Source: Alphaproteobacteria bacterium | GTDB taxonomy: Bacteria; Pseudomonadota; Alphaproteobacteria; Rickettsiales; SXRF01 | Reading direction: 5' to 3' | Length of the DNA: 64,000 nucleotides | Assembly: GCA_025362975.1 (NCBI GenBank) | Contig: JANYES010000004.1 | Span: 78,390-142,389 of the forward strand | In this document: piece by piece, positions 57,892 through 64,000 of the stretch | Layout: each line of letters opens with the position of its first letter | How positions within the stretch are numbered: position 1 is the first letter of the stretch | The notes under the pieces: model-generated | Database searches by the model: none | Told to the model about the DNA's origin: nothing | The model's input: only the letters and a program-made list of their open reading frames with translations | Program-made: the position numbers and the translations under genes

Positions 57892-58296
57892 TTATACCTG
57901 TTCCAGCTCAACCAGCGTGCCACAAAAATCCTTAGGGTGCAGGAACAGCACAGGCTTGCCGTGAGCGCCGATTTTCGGCTTACCGTCGCCAAGTACGCGC
58001 GCGCCGGATTTGATCATCTGGTCGCGTGCGGCCGTGATATCGTCCACCTCATAGCAGATATGATGGATGCCGCCTGATGTATTTTTTGCAAGAAACGCCG
58101 CAATCGGTGAATTCTCACCCAGCGGATACAGCAGTTCGATTTTCGTATTTGGCAGATTGACGAAGACCACCGTCACACCATGTTCCGTCACGTCCTGAGG
58201 CTCAGAAACGCTAGCTCCCAGCGTATCGCGGTAGATCGCCGTGGCAGCATTTAAATCCGGCACGGCGATAGCGACGTGGTTTAATTTTCCAATCAT
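57892..58296 (-). CDS. mce: Methylmalonyl-CoA epimerase (VOC family)
   Basis: 134 aa. LNHVAIAVPDL...GIHHICYEVDDI...FLHPKDFCGTLVELEQ. Confidence 0.85.
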   Translation of the reverse strand: MIGKLNHVAIAVPDLNAATAIYRDTLGASVSEPQDVTEHGVTVVFVNLPNTKIELLYPLGENSPIAAFLAKNTSGGIHHICYEVDDITAARDQMIKSGARVLGDGKPKIGAHGKPVLFLHPKDFCGTLVELEQV

Positions 58297-58427
58297 GCAT
58301 TCCTCACTTTTTCAGTGTGTTTAAGGACTAAAACTTGTCATAAAAATTTCACTTTTGCTACTGGCAAAATTTGGTAAGATCGTTATAATCAGAAACCCCG
58401 CACATTGCACTCTTTTCCCACGGACGT

Positions 58428-59000
58428 ATGGACACCGAATCCAACTATAAGCCAGCCCTCAGCAGTCAGCCCGCACAAGTCGCGGCGTTTGAAAAACTGC
58501 TCACCTTGCATCCGCAGGAGCAGCTTGGCCTGCACGTGGCAGGGTTGCCAAAGCTGGTTTCGCCGAAGAGTATGGCCATCGGGTTCGCGCTGGGCCTTGC
58601 TTTCGGGGTGATTCTTGCCCTTGGAGAATTCGGCAGCCGCCTGATTCAGGTGCTGCACCAGACCGGCTTCCGTATGACCAATGTCAGCGTCTATGCATCG
58701 ATCATGACGCTTACCAGCCTCGTCGGCGCCACTATCGGCATGAGCCGGACCCGCAAGGCAAAACGCACCAAAAATGCGCTTAAACCCAGCCCGGCGGCTG
58801 ATAAGGAAGCCTCGAACGTGCTTGATTTCCATCAAGTCATTGTAAAACAGACGGAAGTCGATAGCTCCATTATCGGCACTATGGTATACGAAAACTTGCC
58901 CGAGCAGATGCACACCGACACGAACCTCCGCGATAAGGTCCTCGCACAGGCCCGTCAGGCCCTTCTGAACATGGACCCCAGCAAGGTGATACATCACTGA
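58428..59000 (+). CDS. Hypothetical protein with central pair of hydrophobic segments (cluster member 1)
   Basis: 190 aa. MAIGFALGLAFGVILALGEF and VSVYASIMTLTSLVGATIGM are separated by about 17 residues, with hydrophilic N- and C-terminal parts. The plus-strand frame has the C/G-ending codon bias of neighbouring genes. Confidence 0.55.
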   Translation: MDTESNYKPALSSQPAQVAAFEKLLTLHPQEQLGLHVAGLPKLVSPKSMAIGFALGLAFGVILALGEFGSRLIQVLHQTGFRMTNVSVYASIMTLTSLVGATIGMSRTRKAKRTKNALKPSPAADKEASNVLDFHQVIVKQTEVDSSIIGTMVYENLPEQMHTDTNLRDKVLAQARQALLNMDPSKVIHH

Positions 59001-59117
59001 TTCCGCTAGTAGAATTTGCTGGATTTGTCACAAAACATTAACATTACATGAGCCATCTATCTGCTAAACTTTAAAAGGTGAAAATCTTTTTAAAGCAGTG
59101 ATTAAGGCATCCATTTA

Positions 59118-60020
59118 GTGGAAAAAGACATTGATATAGCTAATCAATTCAAGACAGGAGGCGGGATCGACCCGCACCCGTTGCATGAGGGGCATGTGGG
59201 CCGCCCACAGCATGCCCCCCTGCGCCAATGGGACCTGCCGGTGGATTCAATTTCGCACGAGCCGGATGCCGAGCCTGCGCGCGCCGCCGCCGAACCTGAA
59301 GTCTACACCTCAGCCAATTACCAGCCGCAGGCCGAACAGCAGCTCGATGCGCAAGGCCAGCCCGTCGCAGCCTCAGGCGCTGCCGCCGTTGCGGCACTGC
59401 CGACGCTCGATCCCGCGCCAAAACGCTTCTTCCGCAACCTCGCCATCACTGCGCTTGTCGTCATTGGCGTGTTGGCTCTTGTTTCCGGCACAATGGGCGC
59501 AGGCCTCATTGGCGGCCTGACAGTCACTGGCATACCCGTCACCACGTTTGAAGCCGGTGTCGCCGTAGGCATCAGCAAAGCTATCGAATTCATGACCGCC
59601 AGCTGGATTGGCGCCGGGGTCGTTGCCGGGGTCGCGGCATTCAAAACATGGCGCGATGGCAAGAACGCCGCCGCAGCCGCCAACCCTCCCGTTGCCGACA
59701 CTAGCGAACACGATAAAGTCCTAGCCCTGACACAGGCGCTTGAGCAGCAAAAAACCCTCACCCTGCAAGTCGCCGCCGCCAAAGCGCAACCGCAGCCGAC
59801 GCTGGAAAAAACCACGACCAGCTCCGAAACGACGACGACCCAGGCACAGGTGCAGCCCATCGCTGATCCCGCTAAAGAAGTCGTCAAGGAACCTGTAAAG
59901 GAACTGGTGAAGAACGACGGCATTTACCTCCCCGGCAGCATCATTCAGGGCGCCAATTTCCGCGCCAGCGAATTGAAACGCCGCGTTGAGCACGCCGCCT
60001 GCGAATCGAAGGCGGTCTGA
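59118..60020 (+). CDS. Hypothetical membrane protein with Pro/Ala/Gln-rich N-terminus (cluster member 2)
   Basis: 300 aa with a GTG start. It has a hydrophobic Gly/Ala-rich block (ITALVVIGVLALVSGTMGAGLIGGL...ASWIGAGVVAGVAAF), then a Q/T/K-rich tail (AKEVVKEPVKELVKN). Confidence 0.5.
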   Translation: MEKDIDIANQFKTGGGIDPHPLHEGHVGRPQHAPLRQWDLPVDSISHEPDAEPARAAAEPEVYTSANYQPQAEQQLDAQGQPVAASGAAAVAALPTLDPAPKRFFRNLAITALVVIGVLALVSGTMGAGLIGGLTVTGIPVTTFEAGVAVGISKAIEFMTASWIGAGVVAGVAAFKTWRDGKNAAAAANPPVADTSEHDKVLALTQALEQQKTLTLQVAAAKAQPQPTLEKTTTSSETTTTQAQVQPIADPAKEVVKEPVKELVKNDGIYLPGSIIQGANFRASELKRRVEHAACESKAV

Positions 60021-60021
60021 T

Positions 60022-60471
60022 ATGTCAAAACCAGAAGAAACCGCCGTTGCCGAACAACCACAAAAACTGGGTCTTTGGGGCAAAACGAAACTGGCTGTGA
60101 AGGAGTTCTTTAAAGGGGCCGTTGAATCCATCCCCAAAACGATTGCCTACACAGCGCTTGCCTTCGGCTCGTCCGCTGCGATTTCCGCCGCCACCGGCGG
60201 TGCGTTCAACCCACTGAGCGTGCATGGCCTCGATAAAACACTGGTGCTGCGCATGGTCGGCGCCGTCTTCATCGGCAGCGGCGTATCAGGCGTTATCCAA
60301 GGCGTCACCGCCCTCAACCATGCCGATGACCCGAAAGCCCCCGCAACTCCCGCCGCCCCGGCAGGGCGCGCAGGTGCTGCCGCGGCAGACGTGGAACCGG
60401 AAGTATTCTTCAGCCCCTCGATGACTCCGCAGGGTCGTCCCGCGCCGCAACCGCAACGGGCTGGCAGATAG
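60022..60471 (+). CDS. Hypothetical membrane protein (cluster member 3)
   Basis: Start MSKPEET lies 1 nt after the previous stop. Two hydrophobic segments (IAYTALAFGSSAAISAATGGAF; LRMVGAVFIGSGVSGVIQGV) and a Pro/Ala-rich tail. Confidence 0.5.
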   Translation: MSKPEETAVAEQPQKLGLWGKTKLAVKEFFKGAVESIPKTIAYTALAFGSSAAISAATGGAFNPLSVHGLDKTLVLRMVGAVFIGSGVSGVIQGVTALNHADDPKAPATPAAPAGRAGAAAADVEPEVFFSPSMTPQGRPAPQPQRAGR

Positions 60472-60525
60472 ATTTTGAATTTTTAGAGTTTAACGAAGTA
60501 GAATTTTGAAAGCAGGAGAATAGTT

Positions 60526-61020
60526 ATGGTAGATGAAGTTCCAGAAATGCCAAAAAAGCCGTCATTCATCAGTTCGGTGGCCAGCGGCATCAGCGGTTTT
60601 GTTAAAGGCGCGCTTACGGGCGGCCTCATGGGTGCCGTCGGCGGCGCGCTGGTAGGCGCATTGGCGATCGGTATCGGCATGGTCACCGGCGGTATCGCCA
60701 TTCCGGCCACGTTCGCACTTGGCGCAGCCCTGGTTGGCGGTGGCGCACTCACCGGCACCATTATCGGCAGCTCGGCGCTCGCTTCGGTCGGCGCAATGGC
60801 AGGCACCATGACCGGTGTCGTCCGCTCCCGCGAAGTAGGCCAGCCCACCGCTGACGACGTCGTCAACGTAGCTAAAATCTCGTTCGCGCAGGGTGTGGCC
60901 GTGGGTCACAACATCGAGCACTCCTCAGTCGTCCAGCAACAGCAGACTACCAAACACGCCGACAAAATCACCACCGAACGCGCTGCCGCTGCAATGGCAG
61001 AGCGCCAGGTGATCAACTAA
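60526..61020 (+). CDS. Glycine-zipper membrane protein (cluster member 4)
   Basis: AGGAG RBS. An 80-aa Gly/Ala-rich zipper (GGLMGAVGGALVGALAIGIGMVTGGIAIPATFALGAALVGGGALTG...) and a hydrophilic C-terminus. Confidence 0.6.
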   Translation: MVDEVPEMPKKPSFISSVASGISGFVKGALTGGLMGAVGGALVGALAIGIGMVTGGIAIPATFALGAALVGGGALTGTIIGSSALASVGAMAGTMTGVVRSREVGQPTADDVVNVAKISFAQGVAVGHNIEHSSVVQQQQTTKHADKITTERAAAAMAERQVIN

Positions 61021-61031
61021 ACCCCAGGAGT

Positions 61032-61673
61032 TCAAATAAGGTGGGCACGGACCTGCCCGACGGCTTCGTCAAACATGGCTTGCGTCAAGCGGCCTGTATT
61101 GATGTTGTACCGTGAGCAGTGATAGCTATCGATGAGGGCCAATTTGGCGTTGAGGGCGTGTTTCCTGCCATGCTCGAACTTCCCAAACCCGGCCTTCAGA
61201 CCGAACGCTTTCAGCACCGCGTTATGTGAAACTAAGCCCAATGAAAGGATACACGTTAAATTAGGCATCGCCTTGATCTCATTTATTAAAAATTGGTTGC
61301 AGTTTTTAATTTCTGAAGTCTCAGGCTTATTTTCCTGCGGCACGCAGCGTACGGAGTTAGTAATACGACAATCCTGCAGCGTGAATCCGTCATCGGCTCT
61401 CTCTTTATATAGGCCGTTGGCGAAACCGAAGGTTTTAAGTCCTGAATAGAGCACCAGCCCCGCATAATCCCCCGTAAACGGCCTTCCCGTAGCATTTGCC
61501 CCATGCAGCCCCGGCGCGAGTCCCACGACCAGCAGCCGGGAGTCCATTGATCCGAAGGACGGCACCGGGCCGTTCCAATATTCGGGAAATTTCTGTTTGT
61601 TATCCTGCCTGAACTGACATAGGCGTGGACATAACGGGCAATCTTTGAGAGGCGGCTGGAAGGAAATTGGCAT
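61032..61673 (-). CDS. Uracil-DNA glycosylase superfamily protein (family 5/UdgB-like)
   Basis: Fe-S Cys cluster start (CPLCPRLCQFR) and motif VGLAPGLHGANATGRPFTGDYAG, with HCSRYN near the C-terminus. Confidence 0.8.
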   Translation of the reverse strand: MPISFQPPLKDCPLCPRLCQFRQDNKQKFPEYWNGPVPSFGSMDSRLLVVGLAPGLHGANATGRPFTGDYAGLVLYSGLKTFGFANGLYKERADDGFTLQDCRITNSVRCVPQENKPETSEIKNCNQFLINEIKAMPNLTCILSLGLVSHNAVLKAFGLKAGFGKFEHGRKHALNAKLALIDSYHCSRYNINTGRLTQAMFDEAVGQVRAHLI

Positions 61674-61763
61674 TGATAGTTAATTTTTCTTAACTTATAC
61701 GCTAGGGTATGATACTATGCCCCAGCAAAATAAAACAACGCATGGATAATAGGAAGAGAAACT

Positions 61764-63095
61764 ATGCCCTTGGATGAATTCCGCCCCGACGTCGATAAAG
61801 ATGAAAAAACAAAGCCGGAGGCAACCCCACCCGCAAACAAGGTCGTCTTGACCAAGCCACACAGCGCGCCTACCGAGATCAAGCCATTGCAGCTTCGCCC
61901 CACCCTTAAGCCGCACGACGGAGCGCGCTCCGCCATCATGCCGCGCCTCAACGGCACCGGCTCGCATGCCGCCGCCCTCGCCAATGGCGAAAGCAGCGCC
62001 GTGCACAAAGCGCTCGACGGCAGCGCCAACGTGCCGACTTTTATCCTGCATCTTGAAAGCCCGGCCGGTGAAAAATCCCGCATCGAAGTCTGGGTAAAAA
62101 AACGCACCAAGAACGGCAGCGAAGAAATCAAAGGCTCCAGCTACCTCACAATCCATGCCGCCAATCGCAGCAAAATCGTCGACCGCATTGTCCAGAAAGT
62201 CAAAGACCTCGGCGACCCGACCGAGGAGCTGGATTTGAAATATTCCGCCGATCGCGAAGTCGTGCGCATGCGCGTCGATTCCGATTACAAAACACTCTCC
62301 AGCCATACCCGCCTGGCGTTGCAGGACATGGTGGACGATCTTCAGGCAGGCGGCATCGTGATCACCCTTGAAAGACAGCGTGATATTCATAAAAAAGGCT
62401 ATCAGCAGGCCGCCATTATTCAAGCCGCGCTCGACCCCATGCTGATCACCGACGACGCGGTGGTCGCCGCCGCCGATACCGTTGTTGTCGCCACCCACAA
62501 CATGAACCGCGCCAAACCCGACAGGTTCACCCATGAAATGGGCTTCGACCAGAATCCGCTGAAAGAAGCAGCCGCTAAACGCGTGCAGATGGAAACCTAC
62601 ACTTACCATCTCATCACCAAAAAGCTGATGCCAGCTATCAAACTAGCCGTCGAAAATGAATTCAAAGTGAAGCGCGGCAACGACGATCTCGACCCGGACG
62701 TCGCCATCGGCGAAATCCCGCGCGACCGTATTTTCCAGATTATCTCGGAAACTGTAGAGCGTGAAGTACTCGACAAAATCGCTGTCAAAGGCCGCGACGT
62801 CCTCGGCGATAATCCGTGGAAAGTCGACAATACCGACCTGCCCGCACTGGAAGAAGAGATTGTCCGCAAGGCACGTATTGAAACAGAAAAAGCCGAAGCA
62901 GATAAAGCATGGCAGCTCCGCCTGCGCGGTGCCGACGGCGCCGGTGGCCTTAAGCGTTTCACCGACAAGCTGTCCGAAACCATCTTCCTGTCGGTTGAGC
63001 AGCATATCGCAACCGCCCGCGAGAACGCTGACGTGATCGACCTCGCAGTTGGCGACTACGAAGCAAGGCCGGCTACTAAGCCGCGCGGTCGCTAG
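61764..63095 (+). CDS. Hypothetical soluble charged protein (443 aa)
   Basis: No TM segment or signal peptide. K/E/D-rich with a Pro-rich N-terminus and no recognised motif. The opposite-strand ORF 61695..62609 is G/V/H/F-rich and looks like an antisense artefact. Confidence 0.6.
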   Translation: MPLDEFRPDVDKDEKTKPEATPPANKVVLTKPHSAPTEIKPLQLRPTLKPHDGARSAIMPRLNGTGSHAAALANGESSAVHKALDGSANVPTFILHLESPAGEKSRIEVWVKKRTKNGSEEIKGSSYLTIHAANRSKIVDRIVQKVKDLGDPTEELDLKYSADREVVRMRVDSDYKTLSSHTRLALQDMVDDLQAGGIVITLERQRDIHKKGYQQAAIIQAALDPMLITDDAVVAAADTVVVATHNMNRAKPDRFTHEMGFDQNPLKEAAAKRVQMETYTYHLITKKLMPAIKLAVENEFKVKRGNDDLDPDVAIGEIPRDRIFQIISETVEREVLDKIAVKGRDVLGDNPWKVDNTDLPALEEEIVRKARIETEKAEADKAWQLRLRGADGAGGLKRFTDKLSETIFLSVEQHIATARENADVIDLAVGDYEARPATKPRGR

Positions 63096-63124
63096 TCTCT
63101 ATTTAAAACCATTCCGGCCCATAT

Positions 63125-63160
63125 AAAGCGGCGTTTTAGTATTTGAAACGCCGCTTTTTA
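63125..63160 (+). terminator. Rho-independent terminator
   Basis: AAAGCGGCGTTT-tagtatttg-AAACGCCGCTTTTTATAATTT, a 12-bp stem plus T-run 30 nt after the stop at 63095. Confidence 0.7.
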
Positions 63161-63170
63161 TAATTTAGGT

Positions 63171-63200
63171 CTTGAACTCGCCGCTATCCGGACTATGTAT
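63171..63200 (+). promoter_or_regulatory. Putative RpoH (sigma32)-type heat-shock promoter of groESL
   Basis: CTTGAA, a 16-nt spacer, then CTATGTAT. This matches the alphaproteobacterial sigma32 consensus CTTG-N17-CYTATNT and lies about 80 nt upstream of groES. Confidence 0.45.
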
Positions 63201-63280
63201 GCATCACAGAATTCGCACAGTGGCGTTTAATTCGTCAAGGTGTCGTTTCCACATTATTTTTAACTTACAGGAGTAGTTCT

Positions 63281-63595
63281 ATGAATATCAAACCGTTAGG
63301 TGATCGCCTTGTTGTCGAGCGTCTCGAACAGGAAGAAAAAACCTCCGGTGGTATCATCATTCCGGATACCGCAAAAGAAAAACCTAAACAAGGCAAAGTG
63401 TTAGCCGTTGGCCCAGGCGCCAAAGACGAAAATGGCAAGCGCATCCCGGTTGATGTTCAGGCTGGCGACATCGTGCTGTTCACCCAGTGGGCTGGCAACG
63501 AAATCAAGATCGATGGTAAAGATTACCTCGTTCTGAAAGAAAGCGATGTCATCGGTATTATCGAGAACACCGATTCTAAAAAAAAAGCAGCTTAA
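63281..63595 (+). CDS. groES: Co-chaperonin GroES
   Basis: [45 protein letters not shown]... is canonical GroES. Confidence 0.95.
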   Translation: MNIKPLGDRLVVERLEQEEKTSGGIIIPDTAKEKPKQGKVLAVGPGAKDENGKRIPVDVQAGDIVLFTQWAGNEIKIDGKDYLVLKESDVIGIIENTDSKKKAA

Positions 63596-63615
63596 ATAAC
63601 TAACCGCCGCGAAGC

Positions 63616-63638
63616 GCTAGCGCCATTGAGGCGCTAGC
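63616..63638 (+). other. Intercistronic stem-loop between groES and groEL
   Basis: GCTAGCGCC-attga-GGCGCTAGC, a 9-bp stem with no T-run. It may be an mRNA processing or stability element. Confidence 0.35.
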
Positions 63639-63663
63639 CTGCGTGGCACCGAGTAAAAAATAA

Positions 63664-64000
<337 letters not shown>

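Noticed and set aside
58389-58997. 202-aa minus-strand ORF almost coextensive with cluster member 1.
   Set aside because: The plus-strand frame shows the third-position C/G bias of neighbouring genes and coherent TM segments, and the minus frame does not. This call is less certain than the other antisense rejections.

Overview
This 64-kb window is dense chromosomal DNA, about 65 CDS on both strands, with gene content and local synteny typical of an alphaproteobacterium. Examples are MerR-ihfA-fabH-plsX-rpmF, metX-metW, chorismate mutase-hisC-tyrC, def-fmt-truA/dapD, lolCDE/proS and mce-DUF1467. The Rhodospirillales/Holosporales/Micavibrio-like lifestyle guess is inference only. Most genes are housekeeping: ispB, glmS, rarA, uvrD, gltX, dnaE, proS, groES/EL and a folate/pABA supercluster. 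I saw no rRNA, tRNA, CRISPR array, transposase, integrase or phage genes.

Features not explained by housekeeping:
- A family of about 110-bp intergenic elements bounded by terminal inverted repeats (MITE/REP-like). There are six copies, one wedged between def and fmt.
- A four-gene block of small proteins with paired glycine-rich hydrophobic segments (58.4-61.0 kb), followed by an orphan 443-aa protein. These are the best candidates for an undescribed membrane-targeted or effector set.
- Singleton surface-appendage genes: a VirB2/TrbC-like pilin, a short flagellin, motA and a prepilin peptidase with an altered motif.
- A degenerate EAL-like protein, a Rap1a/Tai4-like periplasmic protein, a LuxI/FeeM-like acyltransferase and a duplicated Cys-rich secreted protein.
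- A His-rich C-terminal tail on peptide deformylase.
- A roughly 250-bp highly structured non-coding stretch after tyrC.

All family calls rest on motifs I recognise by eye in the supplied translations. No searches were run, and coordinates of small elements were counted by hand, so they may be off by 1-2 nt.
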